Source: a virus
Lineage: Duplodnaviria > Caudoviricetes
Virus record (IMG/VR): IMGVR_UViG_3300017754_004939
Location: 710 to 64,709 of that record
Length of the DNA: 64,000 nucleotides
Direction: 5' to 3' (one strand)
Shown here: in pieces, positions 37,617 through 46,022 of the stretch
How the letters are laid out: every line of letters starts with the position of its first letter
Position numbering within the stretch: position 1 is the first letter of the stretch
Notes under the pieces: generated by a model
Told to the model about the DNA's origin: nothing
What the model saw: only the letters and a program-made list of their open reading frames with translations
Databases searched by the model: none
Position numbers and translations under genes: made by a program

Positions 37617-39323
37617 TTAATATTTATGAAAGCTATTAATAATTTTATCTACTTCACCTCTTACAGATTCAACTGATATACTCTTCATGCAAGCAGCTCT
37701 AAATGGATTCAAATGATCTTTAATCCATTTTAAGCTTTCAAAATCTTCCTTTACTTTACCAACTATATATGTTGTTGAGTCCCAAAAAGCGTGGTCGTTA
37801 TGAGCTGGAGTAACTACAATTCCTTTTTTACCCATTAAACCACATAGGTGCTGAAAGAATGTATCAACCCCCATAAAAAATCTGCTGTATATAATTAATG
37901 CTACTAATTCTCCAAATGTTCTATTAAAGAAGTACTCATTTACATTTTCGACTTTAAAATCTTCTTTTACTCCAACCTGAATAACATAATAGTTTTTACT
38001 CTGCAAATACGAGACAATCTGTTCCCATCTTTTAAAATCCCAGGTTTTATTACTGAGCATCAAACCATTACTAGGGCCTTCTCTATTACTAGCAGAAGGA
38101 GCAATAAGCACAATTTCTTTATTAAAAAACTCTTTCTTTATCTTTACTATATCATCTATATTATAAAAATATTTCCACCTTCTATTATTGTATAAATCTT
38201 CTTCTCCGTTCATTGAGAAATAGGCGCTCTCTAATGTTTTGCTGCGATTCTCACTACCATGTTCATAAACATTAAAACCTAACCCATTTAACTCCCACAT
38301 ATCATGTCTTAAAGGAATATCACCAGATAAATCATAAAGGAATGGGTAGGCTGTAGAAACCTTTAAGTTTGTTTTAGTTTTAAGAGATTCAAGTAGATTA
38401 AATGCACAAACATTGTCTCCTAAAGCCTCGTGAATATTAACCCATCTAACATTACCATTTATGAGGCCTTTTTCTTTCTTAGTCTCAAAGCGCTGCTTAT
38501 CTTCCTCACAAATAAGAGGTTCAGAAATATTATCACCCATTCTCTTAGCAAAATCATATATTGCCCATTCTAGTGTTTGGTATCTAAAATCTATACCACC
38601 AATCTGTCTAGCCTTTTTAATATCTTCAATGTACAAATAGCTAGAGGTATATTTGTTATCAAATGAAAACTCTTTAATAGAGAACTTATCATTTATAAGA
38701 AGAACCTTTTTATTTCTGCAAACATTTATTAACCTGTTCCAATTATAGGCATTTTCGTTATTTTCAAATCCTGTCTCTTTGTGTTTTGTAAAAATGCAGT
38801 TAATTGTAAATTTAGGTATATTATTAGTGAAGTTCTTATCTAACCACAATTCATTTTCACCATATACATGCAAAGGAATAAAATAGTCGTTATTAATATT
38901 ACTATTTCCAATTTCGTTTAAGGCTCTCTGTATTTCATTTCTATTTTCACTATAAGCTCCTAAAAATAAACTATCAGTTTTCTTTTCTTTTCTGAAAACA
39001 AAGTAATTATATTCCTCATCACTTTCGAAGCTTACTAAGTTAGAGTTAGCATTATGTAATAAATCAATATGATAAAACACTTCATTATAACACTCTTCAT
39101 GTGTTATTTTTTGTCTAACAATTAAAACACCTAAAGGTAATAGCCCTTTAGCTAAAGAGTGTAATTCGCTTTCTTGATGTGATAGTTTATCAAGATCTAA
39201 TATTATGAAATTATATTTTGGACAAACAGGAACCTTATAGGAGCCTACACTAGGGTACTTTGTAAAATTTACACTAGTTAAGTTTAAGCCTTTGCCTGTC
39301 AAATGCTTGTTCAGCGAGAACAT
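37617..39323 (-). CDS. GT9-like glycosyltransferase fused to a degenerate methyltransferase-like N-terminus
   Basis: IVLIAPSAS...KTWDFKRWEQIV...VIQVG...FMGVDTFFQHL. N-terminal LNKHLTGKGLNL parallels the methyltransferase at 59137. Confidence 0.75.
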   Translation of the reverse strand: MFSLNKHLTGKGLNLTSVNFTKYPSVGSYKVPVCPKYNFIILDLDKLSHQESELHSLAKGLLPLGVLIVRQKITHEECYNEVFYHIDLLHNANSNLVSFESDEEYNYFVFRKEKKTDSLFLGAYSENRNEIQRALNEIGNSNINNDYFIPLHVYGENELWLDKNFTNNIPKFTINCIFTKHKETGFENNENAYNWNRLINVCRNKKVLLINDKFSIKEFSFDNKYTSSYLYIEDIKKARQIGGIDFRYQTLEWAIYDFAKRMGDNISEPLICEEDKQRFETKKEKGLINGNVRWVNIHEALGDNVCAFNLLESLKTKTNLKVSTAYPFLYDLSGDIPLRHDMWELNGLGFNVYEHGSENRSKTLESAYFSMNGEEDLYNNRRWKYFYNIDDIVKIKKEFFNKEIVLIAPSASNREGPSNGLMLSNKTWDFKRWEQIVSYLQSKNYYVIQVGVKEDFKVENVNEYFFNRTFGELVALIIYSRFFMGVDTFFQHLCGLMGKKGIVVTPAHNDHAFWDSTTYIVGKVKEDFESLKWIKDHLNPFRAACMKSISVESVRGEVDKIINSFHKY

Positions 39324-39324
39324 T

Positions 39325-39918
39325 TTAATATTTCTTTAAAACGACTTCGATACAAGCTTCTACACCATCAGCAAAATTATACGTTTGGTCTACTCCTTTA
39401 CCGTAAAGAGAATAATCGTAATTAGAATCAATTAATTCAATTTTACGGCAGGTGACATTGTTAAGTTTTTGAATAATATCCAGCAAATTATAATGTCTTC
39501 CAGACCAAGACAATTGCTTATAAATGCTGAATGTCTTCTTATGAGAGTTGTTAAAGATAGAAGGGTAGTTACCCTGCTCATAGAGATCTTCATCTGGTAC
39601 AATAAAGACGAGATGTCCTTTTGATGCAACAAAGTTTAGCCAATGGTTAATAACACTTATAGGTTCATCTTCATATGTTACTAAATTAGTAGCATATACA
39701 AAATCGTATTGTTTGGCTCCAATTTGCTCGTTTAGGGTATCTGTTTCAACTTTAGAATCTGCCGAGTTAGCAAAAGAGATATTAGTACAAAGTGGGTAGT
39801 GCTGCTTCTTAAGTGGGTCGTTTCCAGGAGAAATATGTAACCCCTCTCCTTTAAAAACGTTAGTAAACAATCTATTATTGCTTCTTCTTAAAAAAGCTGC
39901 CTTAGTATTTTCGTACAT
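39325..39918 (-). CDS. Class I SAM methyltransferase-like protein (degenerate motif I)
   Basis: YDFVYATN, GHLVFIVPDEDLYEQG; paralog of 59137..60036. Confidence 0.7.
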   Translation of the reverse strand: MYENTKAAFLRRSNNRLFTNVFKGEGLHISPGNDPLKKQHYPLCTNISFANSADSKVETDTLNEQIGAKQYDFVYATNLVTYEDEPISVINHWLNFVASKGHLVFIVPDEDLYEQGNYPSIFNNSHKKTFSIYKQLSWSGRHYNLLDIIQKLNNVTCRKIELIDSNYDYSLYGKGVDQTYNFADGVEACIEVVLKKY

Positions 39919-39968
39919 ATCTTTTATAGATATTATTGACTTAGCAGAAATCCAGACTAAATACCTTT

Positions 39969-40124
39969 ATGAATAAGAAAGACATCAATTCAATTGGAGA
40001 TGCATACGGTAAGGTCCCTAAGGCTCCTTATGTGAAGGTACAGGAAGATAAAGAAAAGCTCGCAAGAATGGCTCAGAAGAAAGAGAACATTCCTAACCAG
40101 CCAAAGCACACTAAGAAAGGTTAA
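39969..40124 (+). CDS. Small basic late protein (51 aa; absent from the ORF track)
   Basis: MNKKDINSIGDAYGKVPKAPYVKVQEDKEKLARMAQKKENIPNQPKHTKKG*, preceded by TAAATA-N5-ATG. Confidence 0.65.
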   Translation: MNKKDINSIGDAYGKVPKAPYVKVQEDKEKLARMAQKKENIPNQPKHTKKG

Positions 40125-40363
40125 CTTAAACCTTTAAACTTAGAAATAATATAGGTTGTTAAAGCCGAGATTACCGCTACTGCTCCCATGAGTAAGTAGC
40201 GGAAATTTTCTAAGGCACCCAGACGCTCACTATGTGAGTCAATTTTAGCATTAATCTCACTGACTTGTTTTTCTATATTATCAAGTTTGTTATTCATACC
40301 ACCTAATACAGCATTTATATCATTAGGATTGTAAGTAACATGTCCAGATTCTGAGCTTGCCAT
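40121..40363 (-). CDS. XhlA/hemolysin-like holin-type membrane protein
   Basis: N-terminal coiled coil (LDNIEKQV...RLGALE), one C-terminal TM segment and a basic tail. Confidence 0.6.
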   Translation of the reverse strand: MASSESGHVTYNPNDINAVLGGMNNKLDNIEKQVSEINAKIDSHSERLGALENFRYLLMGAVAVISALTTYIISKFKGLS

Positions 40364-40391
40364 ATTGAATATTTATTTTTTCTGTTGTATT

Positions 40392-40706
40392 TTATCTTCT
40401 TTTTTTGGTCTTTATTTTTTTGTTTCCATCAATTTTTTCTAAAAACTTTTCACTTACAATTTCAACCAATTTTAAGCCTAAAAAACCAGCAATAAACGCT
40501 ACACCATTTTGATGCTTAACATTTGTTACATTAAGAGTATCAACTAAAACAGGGGTTAAAAAATTAGCTGATGATAACCCACCAACAAGAGATAAAAAAA
40601 TAGATTTTACATCAGAGTTGTTGTTTCTAGAAGCCATTAATATAGCTCCAAACAAACCACTAACTAAAAACCCAATCTCAATTCCTACTTTATGAAGAGT
40701 TTCCAT
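40392..40706 (-). CDS. Holin-like membrane protein (three hydrophobic segments)
   Basis: GFLVSGLFGAIL / FLSLVGGLSSANFLTP / GVAFIAGFLGL, with a highly basic C-terminus. Confidence 0.65.
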   Translation of the reverse strand: METLHKVGIEIGFLVSGLFGAILMASRNNNSDVKSIFLSLVGGLSSANFLTPVLVDTLNVTNVKHQNGVAFIAGFLGLKLVEIVSEKFLEKIDGNKKIKTKKRR

Positions 40707-40709
40707 ATA

Positions 40710-41327
40710 TTATTTCTTTCTCTTTTTGGTTGTATTCTTTTTAATTGGAGACTCTTGATGCTTAATAATATAAACTAGGAAAATAATAATTAAACATAAT
40801 GAATAAAGATAAATATTTAATAGTTTTGTTTCATCCTTAATTATTTTTTCTGAACTATTATTAATTAGATCTCTAAATTTTTCTTTGCTTAGATATATTC
40901 TCTTTTTATAATCTAGATATTTTTCACTAAAGAACGCCTTGCTATCCATCTCTTTAAAAGCAGGTACTTCTACTTCTTTTGCTAATTCATTGCTAATATC
41001 TAAGCCAACACGAAATTCTTTTAATTCATCTTGAGTAAGTATTTTAGAAATAAAGATCTCGTTATTAAAATAATTTTCTCTTTCTTTTAGATGAACATTA
41101 AATTGCTCTAAGAATTTTTTATCACCTGTAGCTGTATATGCAGAACCAAGATATGTTAAATGATCTGTAGATCTTCTAAGAAAAAGAGTAATATCTCTAC
41201 CGAATCTAAACCTTGTAAAACCTTTTTCTATGTCTTTTAGGCTAGATATAGAAAGCATTGTTATAATGGCTACAGGAAGAGTAACCACTAACAAATATTT
41301 TTTAATATTTGTGAAAATAGCGTTCAT
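40710..41327 (-). CDS. Two-TM membrane protein with a chemoreceptor/histidine-kinase-like periplasmic sensor domain and no output domain
   Basis: TM1 (about aa 11-28), about 140-aa helical region with STDHLT..AYTATGD...LTQDE...SNELA.EVE...F..KYLDYKKRI, TM2 (about aa 171-189), short basic tail. Confidence 0.6.
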   Translation of the reverse strand: MNAIFTNIKKYLLVVTLPVAIITMLSISSLKDIEKGFTRFRFGRDITLFLRRSTDHLTYLGSAYTATGDKKFLEQFNVHLKERENYFNNEIFISKILTQDELKEFRVGLDISNELAKEVEVPAFKEMDSKAFFSEKYLDYKKRIYLSKEKFRDLINNSSEKIIKDETKLLNIYLYSLCLIIIFLVYIIKHQESPIKKNTTKKRKK

Positions 41328-41328
41328 T

Positions 41329-42300
41329 TTACTTTATCCATTTTTGCTCTCTTAAGATATTGTCGATAAGATTTTTCTCATCACTATCCATTTCTTTATC
41401 AAATCTCTTTAGTATTTCTGCTAAAGGATATACTCTATCTGGAGATTCTTTTTGCTTTTCCTTGAGTTCTTGAATAACATCGACTATCTTAACAAGAGGG
41501 GATTTAAATTCGTTAACAGTATCCTTTGAGGCATAATTTGCCATTTCAAATGCCTTTGGTGTTAAGGCCTTTACAAGAGATAGTAAAACTGATCCAAGCA
41601 TATTAAAGATTGAAAATGCAGCACCAGCAGCTGGATGTACAGTTGCTAACAAGCGTAACACAACGAATATTATTACAAAAATTACAATTATAGTTAATGC
41701 GCTAATAAAGAATTTCTTTAAGCCCCAAAATACTGCATTTAATCCAAACATACCGCTCATGGAATCTAATACAGCCTTATTTTGATCAGCCTCTTTGGCT
41801 ACCTCTTTAGCCTTGTCTGTCATCTGCCACAATTCATCATCATACTTGTCTTTTAAATCAGATTTTTCTTTTTGAAGTTTGTTAATTACTTCATCTCTCT
41901 GAGATAGTAATTCTTCACCCTTTTTACGTTCTTCTGCTACTTGAGAGTTTAATAAATCTACTGTTGCTTTGATACGTTTAATTTCGTCTATATGCGGAGA
42001 ACCAACAATAGAAATAACTCTTTCATTGAGAGCTTTTGCTGTATCTACTTGAACTGGTGCATTTGTTATTTTATTAAGAGAGTGTTGAATACCGATTGAT
42101 AAAGAAGATGTTTGAATTCTTTTACCTTTATCAACCTTTTCAATTTCAACCATTGTATTATCAACTTTTCTCTCTTGTTTTGCTACTGCATCTTGAGAGG
42201 CTGTTACCTGTTTTGCTGGTACAATTTTTGAAGATAAACAGCCACTTAACATTAAGATAAAGGCTATTGATAAGAAAATCTTCTTAATTGTTTTGGACAT
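41329..42300 (-). CDS. Lipoprotein with periplasmic coiled coil and C-terminal TM (unimolecular-spanin-like)
   Basis: Lipobox LSG-C21, coiled coil at about aa 105-180, TM ISALTIIVIFVIIFVVL. TAAATA-N5-ATG. Confidence 0.65.
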   Translation of the reverse strand: MSKTIKKIFLSIAFILMLSGCLSSKIVPAKQVTASQDAVAKQERKVDNTMVEIEKVDKGKRIQTSSLSIGIQHSLNKITNAPVQVDTAKALNERVISIVGSPHIDEIKRIKATVDLLNSQVAEERKKGEELLSQRDEVINKLQKEKSDLKDKYDDELWQMTDKAKEVAKEADQNKAVLDSMSGMFGLNAVFWGLKKFFISALTIIVIFVIIFVVLRLLATVHPAAGAAFSIFNMLGSVLLSLVKALTPKAFEMANYASKDTVNEFKSPLVKIVDVIQELKEKQKESPDRVYPLAEILKRFDKEMDSDEKNLIDNILREQKWIK

Positions 42301-42324
42301 ATTATTATTTATTAAAAGTTCCTG

Positions 42325-42353
42325 TTGATTATTTGGAATCGGTTCATTATAAT
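42325..42353 (+). promoter_or_regulatory. Sigma70-type promoter
   Basis: TTGATT-N17-TATAAT, 7 nt before GTG 42361. Confidence 0.7.
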
Positions 42354-42360
42354 TTTCTTA

Positions 42361-43071
42361 GTGAAGATTACGCCAAAGTTTTATTACGAACCATACAAAC
42401 GAAAGACCGTTAACGGTTCTCGTCATTATATCTGTAAGGAATATATTTTACCATCTGTAACTACTATTTTGTCTAAAACAAAGGATATGACAGCTCTTGA
42501 CGAATGGGCTAAGCGTATTGGAAAGGATAATGCGGAAAATATTAAGAATCAGGCTGCTGCTCGTGGATCGAAAATGCATAAGCACATTGAAGATTTTATT
42601 ACTGAAGGTAAAGAAGTTGTGGAAGATGCTAATGAAATCCACACCAGTATGGCTTTGCTTGTAATCGAAAAAATAAAACCCCATCTAAAAGAGATTTGGG
42701 GTTCTGAAATTAATTTGTACTATCCGGGTAGTTATGCTGGCACTACCGATATTGCTGGAATTTGGGATAACAAAGAAGCAATAGTTGATTTTAAGCAAAC
42801 AAATAAACCTAAAAAGGAGGAATGGATTGACGATTATAAACTACAATTAGTAAGTTACGCAGAGGCTCACAACAAGCTATTTGGTACAGAAATTCAAACC
42901 GGTGTAATAGTAATGTGCAGTCAATTCCTAGACTACCAAGAATTCTACATATCTGAAACTGTATATTCATATTATAAAAAGCTTTGGTGGGAACGGGTTG
43001 AGGAGTATTACAACTTAAAAACTTTCCAAGACGCTCAAAATAGTTGCATCAAAAGAACCATTTTGGACTGA
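42361..43071 (+). CDS. PD-(D/E)xK exonuclease (T4-like phage exonuclease type)
   Basis: LPSVTTILS, RGSKMHKHIE and YAGTTD...IVDFKQ. Start reassigned to GTG 42361. Confidence 0.85.
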   Translation: MKITPKFYYEPYKRKTVNGSRHYICKEYILPSVTTILSKTKDMTALDEWAKRIGKDNAENIKNQAAARGSKMHKHIEDFITEGKEVVEDANEIHTSMALLVIEKIKPHLKEIWGSEINLYYPGSYAGTTDIAGIWDNKEAIVDFKQTNKPKKEEWIDDYKLQLVSYAEAHNKLFGTEIQTGVIVMCSQFLDYQEFYISETVYSYYKKLWWERVEEYYNLKTFQDAQNSCIKRTILD

Positions 43072-43206
43072 TTCAGCATTAATTGCTAATGCTGCGAGAT
43101 ACTTGCGTTTAGCTTCCTTCGAACCACCAGTACAACCAACTTTCTTACCTGAATCTTTTTTGTAAACGCAATTCTTTTTACCTACCTTTTTAGTTTTGTA
43201 TGGCAT
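43015..43206 (-). CDS. Small basic hypothetical protein
   Basis: 63-aa ORF directly downstream of 43211..43582; overlaps the 3' end of the exonuclease gene. Confidence 0.6.
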   Translation of the reverse strand: MPYKTKKVGKKNCVYKKDSGKKVGCTGGSKEAKRKYLAALAINAESVQNGSFDATILSVLESF

Positions 43207-43210
43207 AAAC

Positions 43211-43582
43211 TTAGAATTTAGTCATCATAGTTCCCATTCTTGGTCTTACAACAGCGATTACTGGTGTTGGTGGAGCCATCTCTCCTGTTTGTTCATGCTT
43301 TCCGGCTTCGTATTCTAAGTAATGTGTAATGGTAGAAATGTAATCTTCTGCAAGAGTTATTTTAGATTGTACCCATGGCTCGAGTTCATCAAAATTAGCT
43401 ACTAAACTCTTTAATCTCTCTGTGTTTGTTGACAAGCTATGTAGCTGAGAATTAATCATATTTTCAGCCTCTGCCTGATAATCATCATTTTGAGTTACTG
43501 GTCCGGGAGGCATTTGAGTTGGTCCAGTAGAAATACCTGTCATACCAACACCACATTCTTTAACAAGCTTATCGAAGTCCAT
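43211..43582 (-). CDS. Hypothetical late protein (LEPWVQSKITLAEDY motif)
   Basis: Motif I recall from uncharacterised large-phage proteins; TAAATA-N5-ATG; N-terminus MDFDKLVKE. Confidence 0.7.
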   Translation of the reverse strand: MDFDKLVKECGVGMTGISTGPTQMPPGPVTQNDDYQAEAENMINSQLHSLSTNTERLKSLVANFDELEPWVQSKITLAEDYISTITHYLEYEAGKHEQTGEMAPPTPVIAVVRPRMGTMMTKF

Positions 43583-43622
43583 GACATTATTTATTGCAAT
43601 GAGAATAAATATTTACATCTCA

Positions 43623-43636
43623 TAAATAATCATATG
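43623..43636 (+). promoter_or_regulatory. T4-late-like promoter TAAATA-N5-ATG (representative of at least 11 exact copies)
   Basis: Same spacing before starts 17303, 39969, 43634, 47802, 48019 and 48493 (+), and 19470, 21541, 37615, 42300 and 43582 (-). Confidence 0.8.
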
Positions 43637-45022
43637 ATCAAGTTTGATAACTTTTACTGTTTAATAGAAGGTGGTAATCTAAGTATAGATAACAAGTATT
43701 TTGCTGATGAAATTAAGTTACAGTACTTGGATCAGAAAAGCGCCACTAAATTCGTTAATGATTTTGAGAATCTCCTAAGAGATATTAACAAAATCTATAA
43801 ATCTGTATATAACGAACCTCTATGGTCTCAACTAGAAACCTTGTTAAAAACCAATAAAATCTATGCTGGTTCTGCAAAGATCTTCTTTGAATATGTAAAA
43901 CAAGGTAAGTTTGATTTATTTCGCGAGTATAAGAAAACAGTAGGTGATATCGATGTTCAATTCGGTGAAGATTGTGCTAGTAAGTTAAGAGATCTTTTTT
44001 ACGGGGATAAAGAGACCAATTTAAGCAATGAGACTGCTCCAAAGAAAATTGGTGAATTTACATTCGTTGGTGAAGGTGGTACTGGTGCTATTCAAATGAA
44101 TACCTTGTTTGCATACAATTTTGGTATTGATATGAGAACAGGTGTTAAGAAAGAAAATGCTGATACTTACATTCAGATTGATTTTGAACCTGTAACATTC
44201 GAAAAGGGATTACCAACAAGATTCAGTCAGTTCGCTCATAGCGCAGACTTTAACGATATTCAAAACTCTGTAAAGGGTGTTTTCCATAAGTTCTTGTTGC
44301 AGAGCCTATTAGATGTATCAAACGAAATCATTGCTGACATTAAACTTTACACAACAAAGGGTAAAGCAACTACAAGAAAAGGAACCAAACTCACAGTTTA
44401 CTCATTTTCAGTCGATAAAGGTTTTAGAGAAAGATACGTTCCTGCCTTGACTAAGCCTGAGGGAAATGTTATACTTGAGAACAATCAAGGCAAGCAGGTC
44501 TATTTTGATGTTAAATCTGAAGAAAGAAATGCTCTCAAGAACGCTGGTTTTGTAACAATTGATCAGAAATCTGAATTGTTTAAAGACTTAATTGGTGTGT
44601 CCGCATTAGATAATCACATTCAAATACCTATTGACATAGACTCTCTTAATTACAATCAAGACTTGGATGTTCTTTTTAGATTAATTTTTGGTATTGAACC
44701 AGATGAATCTAGTAAAGAAGGATTTAATTCTTATACTGGTCTTCTTAACTTAATGTCTAAAAACAAAAAAGACTTGGATAATAAAAATAAAGACTTTCCA
44801 ATGAGAGTTTACAAAAATTTCGTTGAAAAGATTTACGGTCCAGGAGCACAATTGCTCTACAAGAGAGATGTAAAGAACCCAAAACCTCAAATCATGGTAA
44901 AGGACTTTGAAACTAAACAGTCCCCAGTTAATCTTTTTCAGCAATACTTCCCTGAAGTAACAAATGCCTTTTCAAAAGAGCAGTTTGATAATTTAATCAA
45001 TACTTACTATACTTCTCATTAA
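43634..45022 (+). CDS. Nucleotidyltransferase (DNA polymerase beta superfamily)
   Basis: YAGSA (GS), VGDIDVQ (DxD) and QIDFE (third Asp). Start reassigned to 43634 (TAAATA-N5-ATG). Confidence 0.7.
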   Translation: MIKFDNFYCLIEGGNLSIDNKYFADEIKLQYLDQKSATKFVNDFENLLRDINKIYKSVYNEPLWSQLETLLKTNKIYAGSAKIFFEYVKQGKFDLFREYKKTVGDIDVQFGEDCASKLRDLFYGDKETNLSNETAPKKIGEFTFVGEGGTGAIQMNTLFAYNFGIDMRTGVKKENADTYIQIDFEPVTFEKGLPTRFSQFAHSADFNDIQNSVKGVFHKFLLQSLLDVSNEIIADIKLYTTKGKATTRKGTKLTVYSFSVDKGFRERYVPALTKPEGNVILENNQGKQVYFDVKSEERNALKNAGFVTIDQKSELFKDLIGVSALDNHIQIPIDIDSLNYNQDLDVLFRLIFGIEPDESSKEGFNSYTGLLNLMSKNKKDLDNKNKDFPMRVYKNFVEKIYGPGAQLLYKRDVKNPKPQIMVKDFETKQSPVNLFQQYFPEVTNAFSKEQFDNLINTYYTSH

Positions 45023-45023
45023 C

Positions 45024-46022
45024 ATGAAACCGTTTTCAAAATTTATTAAAGAGACAATTGCTTCTACTACTAGAAAGAGTATTCCTCATCTTGGTGGAGA
45101 TACTTCTAATATTGTTGACGAGCATGTGTTTCTTGACTTGCTTAATTTTATTGAGCAAAACTATAATAGCGTTATTACTCCTCAGAAAATTAATATTACT
45201 GAGAAGTTCGACGGTTTCGGTATTAGATTCGGTCTCGATCAAGACAAGAAGTTCTTTATTGAGTCTTCTAGATCTGGGCCAGTATTCGATGCTGGTACTT
45301 TCCGTAGCTTTGCTATAAAGAAATTCGGTTCATCAAATCCAATTGCTGAAGGTTATGAAGATATCTTCCTTACTCTACAGCAAAATGCTAAGCTCCAGGC
45401 TGTCCTAAGAAAGTACTGGGAACCTTCTGGTATTAAAGTTGTAGCAGAAGCTCTTTACTTGCCTAATAAGAAAGAAGAAGTGAAAGAGGGGGATGATGAT
45501 TATGTTGTATTCGTTGCTACTAGATACAAAAAGGCTAAGCTTGGTTCTTGGGCTACTTTTATTCTCTTTAATGCAACAGACGGTAATAACAAAGAGCTAG
45601 AAGAAAACAAGAAGCAATCATTGTTTGAAGATCTCAAGTCTATTTCTACTCCTGATATCAAGTTTGAGACACCTGATATTCAAGAAGTATCTGACATTGA
45701 TGTCTCTAAAGAGATTGCTCAAGTCAAGAAGTTTATTGGAGATATCGAAAACCAATACAAGGTTAAAATCAATGATATTCTCGGTAACAAGTCTAGAAAG
45801 AAATCTGACATGGAAATCAAGAATGCAGTTAAGTCAAAAATTATTGAGTTTCAAAAAGTTCTTGCAAATAAAATTGCACGACATATAATTAAAGGTAAGC
45901 TTGGTGATATTGAAGGTGTGGTGTTTAAGCTTGCAAACGGTTTAATGTTTAAAGTGGTATCAGACGCCTTTAAGGAAGCTAAGAAACAAAGCAACCTTAA
46001 TTATGGAATTAAACAACAATAG
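45024..46022 (+). CDS. RNA-ligase-like adenylation-domain protein
   Basis: Motif I ITEKFDG, motif III-like VAEALY, motif IV IEGVVF and motif V-like MFKV; no OB domain. Confidence 0.7.
   Translation: MKPFSKFIKETIASTTRKSIPHLGGDTSNIVDEHVFLDLLNFIEQNYNSVITPQKINITEKFDGFGIRFGLDQDKKFFIESSRSGPVFDAGTFRSFAIKKFGSSNPIAEGYEDIFLTLQQNAKLQAVLRKYWEPSGIKVVAEALYLPNKKEEVKEGDDDYVVFVATRYKKAKLGSWATFILFNATDGNNKELEENKKQSLFEDLKSISTPDIKFETPDIQEVSDIDVSKEIAQVKKFIGDIENQYKVKINDILGNKSRKKSDMEIKNAVKSKIIEFQKVLANKIARHIIKGKLGDIEGVVFKLANGLMFKVVSDAFKEAKKQSNLNYGIKQQ

Noticed and set aside
43490-43633. Longer upstream starts in the ORF track (also 17267, 19515, 19521, 21607, 42325, 47974, 48469, 61165)
   Set aside because: They overlap neighbouring genes, tRNAs or promoters; internal starts match the promoter-spacing rule or gene packing.
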